Assembly (NCBI GenBank): GCA_963813025.1
Contig: CAWEXO010000013.1
Location: forward strand, 32,001-96,000
Source of the DNA: an uncultured Verrucomicrobiae bacterium
GTDB lineage: Bacteria; Verrucomicrobiota; Verrucomicrobiia; Chthoniobacterales; JAFAMB01
Direction of reading: 5' to 3'
Length of the DNA: 64,000 nt
Under the pieces are notes generated by a model. The model did not search any database. It was not told the DNA's origin and saw only the letters and a list, made by a program, of their open reading frames with translations. A program made the position numbers and the translations under genes. Positions 10,369 through 21,864 of this stretch are shown here, one piece after another (positions within the stretch are counted from its first letter, which is position 1; each line of letters begins with the position of its first letter).

Positions 10369-10980
10369 TCAAGGGACTGGTTCGACCGAATCCTCCAGAA
10401 AAACCCGGTGCAAGACCCGAGCACCAGTTTCTGTCATCTGCCTTGGGACCGTCCAGGTTACCCGAAACGATGATGTCGCCATCGAGCGGACCGGTATGCC
10501 GGCGTTGCGCAGAGCTTGCCAGCCAAGCCGCACCTTGGCATGCGATGTATTGATACCGGCTCCGATGATGCTCAATGCGCCGACCACGACGATCCGGCCG
10601 CGAGAAAGCTCATCCTGGATCCGAAAAGGGCGTACTTCAATGATTCGCGCATCGATATGCCGATCGTTGGTAATGATACCGGATTGGCTGCCGGTGAAAC
10701 TGATGGCGTCGCCGCCCAGTTCTCTAATCGCCAGCGAGAGGAGGGCCATGGAAATTCGTTCCCCGGCCGACAGCAGCATGTCCAGCTCCCGTCGGTCAGG
10801 ATTGGTCGAGACCTGTCTCGCCAGGGAAAGTAGCTCGTCAGTGCTGTCGCCCATCGCCGAGACGACCACAATCACATCATAGCCGGCGGCCTTGGTTTTC
10901 ATGATTCGCTCGGCCACCCGGCGGAGCTTGGTAGCATCGGCGACGCTACTGCCTCCGTACTTCTGCACAATGATCGCCAT
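10369..10980 (-). pseudogene. lysC: Aspartate kinase with a large in-frame internal deletion (N-terminal kinase part fused to last ACT domain)
   Basis: [27 protein letters not shown] present; TLGRGGSD region absent; jumps at ~10580 to SIIGAGIN...TSSFRVT...LH. Confidence 0.8.
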
Positions 10981-10988
10981 AGCTCCTG

Positions 10989-12350
10989 CTACCGACGCAG
11001 CAGTTTACCGTTCGCGGTTCGCGGCAACTCCGAAACCCGGTGAAAGACTTGCGGAACGGCCTCCGGAGGTAGTCTCCGGCGAGCCAACCCCGGGAGACAC
11101 GCGATGGAGTTGGGCGCGCCGACTACATCAGCGATCAGCTTTCCATTCTCGAGCGAAACTCTCGTTTCGCGAATACCGGGCGCCGCATTCAGGACTTCCT
11201 CGATCTGCTCATAAAAAACGGCGGCACCGTCGACCGTGATCCGGTTTTTGCTTCGGCCGAGCAAGTAGATCAAACCGCCGGAATCTTGTCGCGCGTAATC
11301 CCCCGTGTGATATCCGTGCGGAGAAAGAATGGCCGCCCGTAAAAGCCACGGGTTCAGATACGCGTTGAGGAGACCGGGGCCGTTGACGCAAAGCTCGCCA
11401 GGCTCTCCTGGCGCGGCAGACCGGCCGTCGTCTCCTATAAGGGTGACCCGGTAAGCAGGCAGCGGCCGGCCAACGGAATCAGGATGTTCGGGGTGGGTGT
11501 TCAGCGTGAGCAACCCGACCTCGATGATGCCGAGCGCGGCATTCACGGGCCGGTGAAACCGCTGAATGAAGGCGGTCTGCGTTTTTGAAGAAAGCAGCGC
11601 GGTGGTTGATATCGCCAATCGCAGGCAGTCCAGATCGCGGATCGGAGCGGTCACGAGCGCTTCATAAAAATCGGGTGAAGCGTACGAAATGGTGGGTCGA
11701 TACTCGGCAACTAATTGCGTGAAGGAGGCCGGGTCGGCAGACCGTGCGGTGACAATGGTGGCCCCTCTGGATAGGTAGAGAAGGGTCGACACGACAAAAT
11801 GATCGACCATCGGCAATTGAAACCAGATGCAGTCCCGGGGACTGATTTGCAACAACTCGTCTGCCGCGGCGAGCCGTTGGATGATCGTCTCGTGGCTCAG
11901 AAGAACGCCTTTGCGGCGACCAGTTGTGCCGGACGTGAAGCGGATGAAAGCAGGCGAGAGAGAGGCGTATTCGGAATCGTTCTGGTCGTCCAGCGGCTGG
12001 GCAAACGGGAACCTGGTCAGGTGCGATTCGGGACCGAGCAGCCAGTGTAATCCGGCCTTCTGAATGACGAATTCTGTTTCTTCCTCGCGCCATAAAGGAT
12101 TGATCGGCATCAGGCAGAGCCGGGCAGCGAGGATTCCCAGGGCGCGGGTGAGGAATCCTGGACCCTCGTCCTGCAGCAGACCGCAGCGCTGCCCCGGCTT
12201 ACATCCGGCTCTCAGCAGCGCAGCCGCAATCTGGTCGGCACGCGTCACCAGCGCCCGATAGCTGAGAACCGGTCCGAAGCCGTAGGGAACGTAAGCCGGA
12301 TGTTCGGGTTGAGACTCGGCGCGTTGGCGAATTAATTGGACGATAGCCAC
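10989..12350 (-). CDS. Adenylate-forming enzyme (acyl-CoA synthetase-like, ANL superfamily)
   Basis: [13 protein letters not shown]-loop, [16 protein letters not shown]. Confidence 0.85.
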   Translation of the reverse strand: MAIVQLIRQRAESQPEHPAYVPYGFGPVLSYRALVTRADQIAAALLRAGCKPGQRCGLLQDEGPGFLTRALGILAARLCLMPINPLWREEETEFVIQKAGLHWLLGPESHLTRFPFAQPLDDQNDSEYASLSPAFIRFTSGTTGRRKGVLLSHETIIQRLAAADELLQISPRDCIWFQLPMVDHFVVSTLLYLSRGATIVTARSADPASFTQLVAEYRPTISYASPDFYEALVTAPIRDLDCLRLAISTTALLSSKTQTAFIQRFHRPVNAALGIIEVGLLTLNTHPEHPDSVGRPLPAYRVTLIGDDGRSAAPGEPGELCVNGPGLLNAYLNPWLLRAAILSPHGYHTGDYARQDSGGLIYLLGRSKNRITVDGAAVFYEQIEEVLNAAPGIRETRVSLENGKLIADVVGAPNSIACLPGLARRRLPPEAVPQVFHRVSELPRTANGKLLRR

Positions 12351-12416
12351 ATCTAAGTTAACTAATCATTCCGGCTTGGCATTCCGGTCAACCGGGGAAG
12401 AACAACCGGCGACCTC

Positions 12417-13190
12417 ATGATACCTCGATCGCAGCGAATCGTCATAAAATTTGGAACCGGGATTTTGACCAAGCCTTCCAGTGACGGTCTGGAGACTGCG
12501 CAATTTGTTCGGCTGACGGAAGATGTTTCGAAGCTGGTGGGCGCCGGACATCAATGTCTGCTGGTCAGCAGTGGGGCGGTTGGTGCCGGTTTGATGCTCC
12601 TTCGCCTGGCAGAACGCCCGGTGGATCTTCCTTCCGTCCAGGCTTGCGCCGCGGTGGGCCAGTCGCGGCTCATGAGGCTTTACGAAACCTTGTTTAATCG
12701 GAACGGCTTACATGTCGCGCAGATCCTGCTGACTCACCAGGACATGGATAGCCGCACGCGGTACGAGAATGCCCGGAATACCTTGAAACGCCTCTTCGAG
12801 TTCGGAAACGTTGTTCCGGTGATCAATGAGAATGATTCCGTGGCCGTGGAAGAACTGCGCTTCGGTGATAACGACCGATTGTCGGCCGAGGTGGCAATTC
12901 TTTGTCAAGCTGATCTGCTCATCATCCTGACCAGCGTCGATGGTCTCATGGATGCGGATGGTCACCCCGTCAGCCAGGTTGAAGATGTTGATTCGGTGCT
13001 GCATCTTGCTCGTGATACCTCCGGAACTTACTCGACCGGCGGGATGATCTCGAAGCTGCAGGCTGTAAAGACTTCGGTAGGAGCGGGAATCCCGGCCGTG
13101 ATCGCGAATGGCCGAAGGCCGGGAGCCGTTCAGGCCATCCTGAGGGGTGAATCGGTCGGGACACGTTTTTCAGCATGTCGGCGGAACTAA
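12417..13190 (+). CDS. proB: Glutamate 5-kinase (short form without PUA domain)
   Basis: VIKFGT, VSSGAV, AAVGQ, VINENDSV..EELRFGDNDRLSA, TGGM.SKL. Confidence 0.95.
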   Translation: MIPRSQRIVIKFGTGILTKPSSDGLETAQFVRLTEDVSKLVGAGHQCLLVSSGAVGAGLMLLRLAERPVDLPSVQACAAVGQSRLMRLYETLFNRNGLHVAQILLTHQDMDSRTRYENARNTLKRLFEFGNVVPVINENDSVAVEELRFGDNDRLSAEVAILCQADLLIILTSVDGLMDADGHPVSQVEDVDSVLHLARDTSGTYSTGGMISKLQAVKTSVGAGIPAVIANGRRPGAVQAILRGESVGTRFSACRRN

Positions 13191-14434
13191 AACACGTTAT
13201 CGAGGAGTACGGGCAGCGCGCCCGGGCATCAGCGCCGGCCTTGGCCGCAGCTTCCACCGAGCAGAAGAACGCGGCGCTCCGTGGTGCGGCCGATCAGCTC
13301 GAAGCCAATGCCGGTCCGATACTGAGCGCCAATCAACTCGATGTTGCGGGGGCGCAGACCGCGGCCTTGCCGGAGGCCGCAGTCGATCGGCTTCGGTTGA
13401 CGGAAAAGCGTTTTTCCGGGTTAGCGCAAGCGGTCCGAGAGATCGCTTCGCTCGAGGATCCGGTCGGGAAAATCTTGCGCCGTTGGCATTGCTCGAGCGG
13501 GCTCTGGATCGAGAAGGTCACGGTGCCGATTGGAGTGATTGGAATTATTTATGAGTCACGGCCGAACGTGACTGCGGATGCCGGTTGTCTCTGCCTGAAA
13601 GCCGGCAACGCGGTCGTTCTGCGGGGCGGTTCCGAGGCGCGCCGGACGAATTCGGCGATCACCGATGCATTACGCGCGGGTTGCGAACGGGCTGGTCTTT
13701 CTGCCGACGCGATTCAATTGATCGGGGTGCCGGACCGCGCCGCAGTGCAATTCCTGGCACAGCTGGATTCCGCGATTGACCTTATTATTCCGCGCGGCGG
13801 GAAAGCCTTGATCGAGGCCGTGGCGGCAGTGGCGCGCGTGCCGGTGATCAAGCATTACGACGGGGTTTGCCACGTTTTTGTGGACGAGGCGGCGGACCTG
13901 GCTATGGCCGAGGCGATCGTAATCAATGCGAAGTGTCAGCGGCCGGGGGTATGCAATGCGGTTGAATGTCTCCTGATCCACGAAGCGGTGGCCGATCGAT
14001 TTCTGCGAAAGACCAGGCTATTAGAGAGAGGGGTGGAAATCCGGGGCGACTCCAGAACCAAACAGATTTTGGGCGATCGGGTCCGTTTGGCCACAGAGGC
14101 GGACTGGCGAACCGAATACCTGGATTTGATCCTATCGGTTCGGATCGTCGACAAGCTTGATCAAGCGATCGAGCACATCAATCGGTACGGATCCCACCAC
14201 ACCGACGCGATTGTGACAGAGGCCGAAAATACCGCCGAAAGATTTCTTCGGCTGGTTGATTCGGCTGTGGTGCTCTGGAATGCCTCGACCCGTTTCAACG
14301 ACGGCGGCGAGTTTGGCTTTGGGGCCGAGATCGGCATCAGCACCGATCGTTTGCACGCGCGCGGTCCGATGGGTCTCGAGGAACTGACTACCTACAAATA
14401 TCGGGTGATCGGGACGGGTCAGGTGAGGAATTAG
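13175..14434 (+). CDS. proA: Gamma-glutamyl phosphate reductase
   Basis: IIYESRPNVT, CNAVE, SHHTDAI, NASTRFNDGGEFGFGAEIGISTDRLHARGPMGLEELT. Confidence 0.97.
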   Translation: MSAELKHVIEEYGQRARASAPALAAASTEQKNAALRGAADQLEANAGPILSANQLDVAGAQTAALPEAAVDRLRLTEKRFSGLAQAVREIASLEDPVGKILRRWHCSSGLWIEKVTVPIGVIGIIYESRPNVTADAGCLCLKAGNAVVLRGGSEARRTNSAITDALRAGCERAGLSADAIQLIGVPDRAAVQFLAQLDSAIDLIIPRGGKALIEAVAAVARVPVIKHYDGVCHVFVDEAADLAMAEAIVINAKCQRPGVCNAVECLLIHEAVADRFLRKTRLLERGVEIRGDSRTKQILGDRVRLATEADWRTEYLDLILSVRIVDKLDQAIEHINRYGSHHTDAIVTEAENTAERFLRLVDSAVVLWNASTRFNDGGEFGFGAEIGISTDRLHARGPMGLEELTTYKYRVIGTGQVRN

Positions 14435-14435
14435 G

Positions 14436-14616
14436 CTCATTGAACTGAAAACCGTGGAGGCTCTTGCGGTGGTGCACGGAAAGCAAGTTCTGACAGATCT
14501 GCGGCTACTCAATTTCAGGCTCGGCTTGTCAATGAGTTTTGGCGCCGCTCTCCTGAAAAACGGCATTAGAAGAGTAGCCGACTAGAAGCTTTGTGTCTTC
14601 ATGTCTTTGTGTGAGA
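14436..14616 (+). pseudogene. C-terminal half of a GxxExxY protein plus its downstream repeat
   Basis: Translates LIELKTVEALAVVHGKQVLTDLRLLNFRLGLSMSFGAALLKNGIRRVAD* (14436-14585), then ctttgtgtcttcatgtctttgtgtgaga; direct-repeat partner at 40889-40964. Confidence 0.8.
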
Positions 14617-14620
14617 TCCT

Positions 14621-15532
14621 TTAAGGTTTAACGGCCGATTCGCGAATCAGCGACGAACGAGCCGAACGTGCTGTGGCCGAGGTCATGCTCTGCTCAACTT
14701 GCGGATGCCAATCGATGATCCGGCGAGATACGGCTTCAAATACGGCGAAGCTTAGGCCAGCATAGATGACGAACAGGAACGCTACGATGATAACCCGTCC
14801 AGTATAGGCGAATTGTAACGCGTAGGTCACGATGACACCAAGACCGCTCTGGGCCCCAAGCAGCTCACCGCCTACGACCAGGCTCCATGAAAGCCCAAAG
14901 CTGAGCAAGAAAGAGGCCCGAATTTCCGGGAAGATCGCCGGGAGGACGAGATGACGGAACACGGCAGCTCGGCTCGCGCCCACGGTTGCCGCACGATCGA
15001 AATAGACCCTTGGCACGTTACGCACGGCATTAACCGTGCCGATGAACATGATGACCGCGACGCCATAGGCGACAAACAAGATGATGCCGAAGGTGTTTGC
15101 TCCAAACCAGAGATTGAAGAGTGGAATCATCGCCAAGAAGGGTGTCATACGGACGATGTGCACAGTCGGCGCGATCAGGCGCCGGCGCAGCATCGAAGGT
15201 CGCGACGAGGAGTCCGAGACCAATGCCCGCCAACCGTCCCGAAAACGATGCCGGCAGAGCACCCGCTCGAAAGTGACCAGCGAGGCGCTGCCGAGCGCAA
15301 GAAGAGCGGCTGCATAAGTCGGCGGACCGCCCTCAGATGGAGCCGGCACTCCAAACCCGCCGCTCCAATAATCCGACATGCGTAGCAGAGAATTACCGAT
15401 CAGATAGCCCCAGCCAGGAACCAGAGGCTCGCCGTAGCTGCCTTTGGCGGTCACGACGAGGGAGAGCAACTCCCAGGCCGAGAACCAGGGCTAACAGAAC
15501 CGTGACTCCGCCCAGACAGAAGCGCGTTTCAT
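14621..15532 (-). CDS. NitT/TauT-type ABC permease (frameshift near 5' end)
   Basis: ORF 14621-15469 with LWFG, PAIFPEI, ELLGAQSGLG; probable start ATG at 15532 is out of frame. Confidence 0.75.
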
Positions 15533-15565
15533 GTGCTCCCTAAAGATTGCGCACTTCACCGGTCC

Positions 15566-16343
15566 TTATTCCAGCCCGATGTGATGCAGCAGCAGATGCT
15601 TGAGCGCTAGGCCTCCGTCGGTAGCGAGATCGTCGTCACTGCGCGGCATTGGCAAATCGATGGCTCGGTCCTCCGCGATGTCGCCGTTTTTTATCACGAT
15701 AACTCGCGTCCCGAGCATCATTGCCTCGTCTACATCGTGGGTGACGAAGAGCACCGTCTTGCCTGTTCGCTGCCAAAGAGTTGTGCAGTACCGCTTGAAG
15801 CTGACGCCGGGTCACGTAATCAAGCGCGCCGAACGGCTCGTCGGCCAACAGGATCGGAGGATCGTTGGCAAAAACCGCGGCAATGGCGACCCGGGCACGC
15901 ATGCCGCCTGACAACTCGCGTGGCCAAGCACGAGCTACCGAGGAGAGGCCAACCAGCGCCAAGTGTTCGCGGGCGATCCGCAAACGTTCCTGTTTCGAGA
16001 TCTTGCGAACTCGAAGGCCGAAAGCAACATTGTCCTCGACTCGCATCCAGGGAAAAACTGCGTCCTGCTGGAAGATGACGCCGCGGTCAGGGCCCGGGCC
16101 CGGTCACTGGCCGTCCCATGACTCGCACCTCGCCATGCTGCGCCGAAGCAATCCCGCAACGACATTGAGAAGCGTCGTTTTGCCATGGCCCGAACGCCCT
16201 AGAATGCAGACAAATTCACCCGGTGAGAACCTCAAGCGATACGCCATCGAGCGCCACAACATGGGTGCCGTCCGCGCGCACGAAAGCGCACTCCGATATC
16301 TCGAACGGCAAGAACTGGTCTGGTCATGTTCCGCTTTGTTCAC
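15566..16343 (-). pseudogene. NitT/TauT-type ABC ATPase, multiple frameshifts
   Basis: Walker A GRSGHGKTT, LSGGMRARV, LLADEPFGALD and FVTHDVDEA fall in three different ORFs. Confidence 0.85.
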
Positions 16344-16372
16344 AAACCGAAGGATTGCCTTTCAGTCTGATT

Positions 16373-17232
16373 TCAGTATAAATCTTCGAGCCGTCCCAGG
16401 CAGCGAATCTCAGCGCTGGCTCTGAGATTCGTCGAAGCACGGCCATGGCACGATGCCAGTGCGACTAGATGGCTGTACAATGCCGCCACGATGACAACGC
16501 AGGCAAGAAGGCCGGAGACATTATTGAGGTTAGTGAACGCCTTTATTGCCTGGCCCATCCCGCTCGGAGCACCCAGAATTTCCGCAAAGATCTCCAGCCC
16601 CCACGCGCTTGCGAGCGTAATGCGCAAGCCGCCAATGATCTCCGGAACTGTGCCAGGAATCAGGATATGGCGGATTCGAGTCGGCGGCCCTGCGCCGAAA
16701 GTCATGGCCCAGCGCTCATAGACCGGATTTATATTTTCCGCCGCGCGTTGACTAAACAGAACCATCATGACGGCACTGTAAAAGGCGACGAGCAAAACTT
16801 GGGTGAATGGGACCACTCCGAACCAAAGCAGGAATAGCGGCGCGGCCACCAGGACGGGCACGGTGCCAAGAACCAACACAATCGGGTCGACGAATAACCG
16901 GAGGAGCCGCAAGTCGCGCACTGGCGGTCCCGATCAATATACCAATCGCCCCTCCGGTCGCAAGCCCGCTCAGCACATTGCCGACGCGTATAAAGCAGCA
17001 GCGGGCCGTATCCAACTTTGCCCAGACCAAAAACTCCAAGCGCGGCGCGAATAGAGAAAATTGGTCCAGATATCGTGTCCGGCTTCAAGGGGAGTAACGA
17101 GCCGGCTTCTCGGAAGCTGGCTTGCCGCCTACCACCACACTCCAAAGAAAAGGCCCAGACCGGCCACTGTATACAGGGCGTCGACGAGGTTCTGCCGCAT
17201 CGTGGCGCGTCTGACGCGGTGACCAGCCGCAT
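16373..17232 (-). pseudogene. NitT/TauT-type ABC permease, frameshifted
   Basis: Hydrophobic fragments across ORFs 16373-16921, 16752-17039 and 16765-17280; AEILGAPSGMG. Confidence 0.75.
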
Positions 17233-17286
17233 GCGTTCGCGAGCTCGAGAGCAGCGGGTCCGAAGAACGATGGATCGCACGAAACA

Positions 17287-18677
17287 TCATTGCACTGCTA
17301 CGCGCAGCAGCCGATAGGCGTCAAGATAATCATACCAGTCATAGAACTGCTTTGCTTTCTCGATCAGAGCCTGATTTTGCGGCGGAAAGATTCTTACCCG
17401 CGGTTCGCTTGAGCAGGTCGTCTGAAGCCTGCTTCAGCGCCAACGAGATCGTGGTAGACGCCTCCGGCCCAGATCACGTCGTCGGCATCATATTTGCCGT
17501 TTGGTAGAACGCCTTTATCGACGTTAAATTTTACCGCAGCGTCGAAAGCAGTCCGGTAGTACAATGCCGAATTTTGATTGTCGAAGTAGTTCTTTTGAAA
17601 CTCAAAGTTCGACAGAGGACTTAAGCGTATCGATCGTCAGTTTGAGCCCGGCGATGTCGAGGCTCGTACCTGCGAAGGAATTCACATAGTCGAGCATGGA
17701 TTTGAGCATCAGGTCAGGGTTTTTCTGCTCTTGCTCGATGATTCGGAACATCACCGAGGTGAAGCGGAGTACTGTTTCCGGCATGCTGCCGCGCCCATTG
17801 CGCGTCACATGCGACGCCTGGCGTGCCAACCAGAGCTGCTGTCGGCGAACCCGGACCAGCCGGCATATTGGTTAGTACGTCGAGCGGGGTGACCAGCGGG
17901 ATCCAACCGGCGCAGTCGGAGCTGTGCCGTAAAAGGGGCGCCGGTCGGCGAGGCAAAATCGATCTGGCCGCCGCTCTCGAGCTGGAGAGCATTCGAATCA
18001 GGTGTGACAACCAGCTTGGTATCTTTGTCCATGTTCATTCCGCCTAGCGAAAAGACCGTCTCGAGAAAAATGCGGTTGTCCACCACCGGCGCGGTAACGA
18101 AGCTCTTGCCCTTGAGCTGAGCCATCGTTTGTTTCATTGCTTCTTCAAAAGTCAAACCTTCGGCCATGAACTGTCCGACGGTTTTCACATTCGAGCCCGG
18201 GCGAGCAAGGATGGCAAATCCTTGGAAAAGGTCGGTCAACGCGATAAAGCGGATATTTTGAACCGAATCCATGGTCGCGATGATGTCGGGAGGATAAAGC
18301 GCCATGAAGTCGATCTGCTTGTTGACCAGAAGCGGGATTGCCTGGTCTGGCAGCACCTTGCGTCCGTACGGGGCGGGTGTAATGGTCAAGCCAACATCCT
18401 TGTAAAATCCCTGCTTTATCCCGGCGACGAAAATCAAATCGTTGGCATAGGGACGCATTCCGAGACTTACTTCGAGCTGCGGCACATCCGTTCCCGAAGA
18501 CGCCTTGTCCAGGCTGAATCCGATCCCCTTTTCGTCCGCAGCCGATAGGGACGAAACTGAGCCGAGAAACAGTGTTACAACAGCGGCGATCCCAGCCGCT
18601 CCCGCCCATCGATTAATGCATGCATTTGTGCCCATGGTGTGTTGTTCCGATTCCTGTGCAATGTGAAGTTTGTTCAT
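17287..18677 (-). pseudogene. ABC substrate-binding protein, frameshifted in its 3' half
   Basis: Signal-peptide-like segment ending SLSAA in ORF 17805-18752; coding continues in other frames (17714-18010, 17602-17829) to ~17287. Confidence 0.7.
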
Positions 18678-18678
18678 C

Positions 18679-19449
18679 CTACCGGCCTGTCCATTCTGGT
18701 TGGTGCTTCGCCAAAAAAGCCCGGACGCCAATCTTGAAATCATCGCTGCCATAAGCAGCCCGGACCAGGTCCTCTCCTTCAGGGATGGCTCCGATCAGCC
18801 GCCGGATTGATTCCTTAGCCACCCGCATCGAGACCGGCGCGTGCGAAGCCAGCCGGAGGCACATTGTAGTTACGAACTGCTCAATCGCCTCCCGCTGGAC
18901 TATCTGGACGACAAAGCCGCAGCCAAGGGCCTCTTCGGCAGAGATCGCGTCGGCGAGAAGCAGGAGGCGCTTTGAACGAGCCGGGCCGAATTCGGCGACG
19001 AGCCTTGCGGTGTTTGCTACGGAAAGGCAATTTCCCAGGGTCCGTGCAATGGGTACGCCGAAACGCGCCGCCGGCGTGGCGATGCGGAAGTCGCAGGCGA
19101 TCGCAATCGCCAGACCGCCCCCCATGGCCGGTCCGTCCACGACCGCAATCGTCGGTATCGGCAACTCCTCGATCGCCGACACAACATCCTCAATACGCTT
19201 TTCGTAGGCGATCCCGTCCTCCGCGGAGGTGAAGCTCAGGAACTCACGGATGTCGGTGCCTGCGGCGAACGCTTCGCCACTTCCACGAAAAGTCGCAACG
19301 CGCACCTTGGGATCGCCGGCGATCCGGGCGCAGGTCGCAACAAGCTGATCGTACATCGCAAAGGTCATGGCGTTGCGGGTTTCCGGCCGATCGAACACGA
19401 TCGAGGCGATGCCGTCGCGTGCCGCGAAATGGACCTCGCCATCACTCAT
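18679..19449 (-). CDS. Enoyl-CoA hydratase/isomerase (crotonase family)
   Basis: Start MSDGEVHF at 19449; RNAMT, FAAGTDI, GPAMGGG, ACDFRIA. Confidence 0.88.
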   Translation of the reverse strand: MSDGEVHFAARDGIASIVFDRPETRNAMTFAMYDQLVATCARIAGDPKVRVATFRGSGEAFAAGTDIREFLSFTSAEDGIAYEKRIEDVVSAIEELPIPTIAVVDGPAMGGGLAIAIACDFRIATPAARFGVPIARTLGNCLSVANTARLVAEFGPARSKRLLLLADAISAEEALGCGFVVQIVQREAIEQFVTTMCLRLASHAPVSMRVAKESIRRLIGAIPEGEDLVRAAYGSDDFKIGVRAFLAKHQPEWTGR

Positions 19450-20713
19450 GAGGCAAAAGCTCCGCCAGTTCGAAGCTTCTCTATTGCATCGGGATCCAAG
19501 CCGAGTTCGGCCAGAATCTCCTCGGTGTGCTGCGCCAAGAAGAGGCGGCGGCATCCGAAACTGCTGCGGCGTGCCGCTCAGCTTGACCGGAAATCCGATC
19601 GAGCGAACCTTTCCTTCAACCGGGTGATCGATCTCCATGACGATCTTGCGATGGCGGGCATGATCGTTATCAAGCGCCTGGGCATAATCGTAGATCGGGC
19701 CAGCCGGTATCCCGGCACCAAGCAGCTGCTCGACCCAATCTTCGGCAGGCTGTGTCGTAAAAGTCTTTTCGAGCTCCTCGATCAGCGCTCTTCGATTGGC
19801 AAGGCGATCGGCAATGGTGGTGAAACGCGAATCATCCAGGAGATCAGGCCGGCTGACAAGCTCGCAGAGGCTCCGCCAAAGCTTGTCGTTGTTCGCGCCC
19901 ATCACGAAATATCCGTCGCTTGCCCGGACCGCCTGATAGGGAGCGCTCATCCGGTTGGCCGTGCCGAGTTTTTGCGGCACTTTGCCGGTACCCCAGATAT
20001 TCAGATATGTCCCAGACCGCAAATGCGATTGCCGCCTCGAACAGGGAAGCATCGATATATTGGCCTTCGCCCGTTTCGAGCCGGCCGATATAGGCGCTCA
20101 AAATTGCGTAGAGCGCGAATAGAGCACAGCCGATATCGGCGACCGGCACCCCCGATTTTGCCGGGGGACCGTCGGGATCACCGGTGATGCTCATGATGCC
20201 GCCCATCGCCTGGGCGATCAGGTCGAAGCCGGGTCGCTGTGACCAGGGACCGGTTTGTCCGAAACCTGAAATGCTCGCATAGATGAGGCGCGGATTGATG
20301 GCCTTTAATGTCGTATAATCGATTCCGAGGCGCGCTGTTACGCCGGGACGATAATTCTCGATCAGAACGTCCGCGGTTCTGACCAATTGATAGAATACCT
20401 CGCGCCCGGCGTCGGATTTAAGGTTGAGGACAATGCTCCGCTTGTTGCGGTTCATGTTGATGAAGCCGAGACTATCGGAGCCTTTGAGCCTGAAGCCCAT
20501 CGCGCGGCGGGTCTGGTCTCCCGATCCCGGCGGCTCGATCTTGATCACGTCGGCGCCCATGTCGCCCAGAAGCATGCCGCAAAATGGGCCCGCCATGACT
20601 TGGCTGACATCGAGAACGCGAAGAATCCCGAGTGGGAGAGACCTGTCCCGCGATGGATTGGCTTCGGCTCCGGTGTCTTCGTGCGACGAGTCGGATTGCG
20701 CTGCTCGGGTCAT
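19446..20713 (-). pseudogene. CaiB/BaiF family III CoA-transferase with two frameshifts (~20015, ~19535)
   Basis: VMAGPFC..LLGDMGADVIKIE, NRNKRS, ENYRPG, GFDLIAQ; C-terminal SAPYQ...PPLLG lies in another frame. Confidence 0.85.
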
Positions 20714-20763
20714 GGGATTAATTCTGTCCTCACTATTCAGCCACTTTGATCTGAGTTACCTGG

Positions 20764-21501
20764 TCAGGGTTTCAGAGTGATGCCGACCCGGTCCGCAGCT
20801 CTAGTTATATGCAGCTGCATTAAATACGAAGCACCATCGGGATCGCGCTGTTCCAGTGCCCTCAAAATTCTTTCGTGTTCATGCACCGGCTCCCAGAGTC
20901 GCTTATGCCTCGAGAGAGGCAATTTCTGCGACTCCAGGATCGTTTCTCGATTCAGGCTGTGAATCTCGCTGAATAACTGATTTCCGCTCAGCGTTACAAT
21001 AATATCATGAAACTTGAAGTCCTCGTGGGCCGCAGCAAGAAAATCACCTTGCCTGATACTGTCCTTCATCACCACAAGGCAGGCGGTGAGCTCGGCGATC
21101 GTCTGGGGCGTGATTTTCTCTGCGGCCAGGCGGGCTGCTCTTGGCTCGAGAACCAACCGAAGCTCATAAACATCGTGTTCGTTGAATCTGCTGGCATAAT
21201 GCCAGCGGGTTAAGCGCTTATCCTGTTCGGTCGACGTGCCGAGAATACGGGCTCGCCGGCCCGGCTCAATTGCGACAAGTCCGAGCGTTTCCAGAATCGA
21301 AAGCGCTTCGCGTACAGAACTACGGCTAACCCAGTATCTGGATGCGAGCTCCCGTTCGGACGGCAGAAAAGCACCCGGCTTAAGTTCTCCCTGACCGATA
21401 ACATCCCGAAGTTGTCGAACGATCTTACGGGATACACGATTGCGCCCATCAAAGGGAGAGAAAACGTCGGAACCTTGAGCAGCACTAGCCCGATTTTTCA
21501 T
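20764..21501 (-). CDS. GntR/FadR-family transcriptional regulator
   Basis: LPSERELA...VSRSSVREAL HTH; FCD domain DFKFH...N...EHERI. Confidence 0.92.
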   Translation of the reverse strand: MKNRASAAQGSDVFSPFDGRNRVSRKIVRQLRDVIGQGELKPGAFLPSERELASRYWVSRSSVREALSILETLGLVAIEPGRRARILGTSTEQDKRLTRWHYASRFNEHDVYELRLVLEPRAARLAAEKITPQTIAELTACLVVMKDSIRQGDFLAAAHEDFKFHDIIVTLSGNQLFSEIHSLNRETILESQKLPLSRHKRLWEPVHEHERILRALEQRDPDGASYLMQLHITRAADRVGITLKP

Positions 21502-21676
21502 TGCTGATTCTAGCTTAGACCGCAGACGCCTTCCGAGGGTCGAATTTTGGATTTCATGCGTTTTGTCTTGGGCTGCCAATGACCTTTGGGGTTTTGTGCG
21601 TATTCAATCCGAAATAATCGGATGTCCGGTACTGCCAAGGTGAATTTGAATCCGGCGACGATTCGAGAATCACGCC

Positions 21677-21743
21677 TTGACAATAATGGAACCGTTTCTA
21701 AGATCAATTGAAACTGGTCAGACCATTATGGCCTGACCAGTTT
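21677..21743 (+). promoter_or_regulatory. Sigma70-like promoter followed by a double FadR-type operator
   Basis: TTGACA (21677)-N16-TAAGAT (21699); palindrome aaacTGGTCAGACCAttaTGGCCTGACCAgttt (21711-21743) holds two TGGT-N3-ACCA-like boxes. Confidence 0.75.
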
Positions 21744-21864
21744 CTATCTTCTTCCCATGATCTGGGCTCTGAACGGGCAATTATGAATTATGGCATTCAA
21801 ACCGCGCCTCGGCCAACCAGACACAGCGTTTTCAGAAGCAGGAAACGCCCACCAAACACCAGAT

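Noticed and set aside
12417..13190. Truncated proB
   Set aside because: PUA-less glutamate 5-kinases are common and the gene overlaps proA normally
18679..20052. CoA-transferase/enoyl-CoA hydratase fusion protein
   Set aside because: Explained by frameshifts; the hydratase has its own ATG at 19449 overlapping the transferase stop
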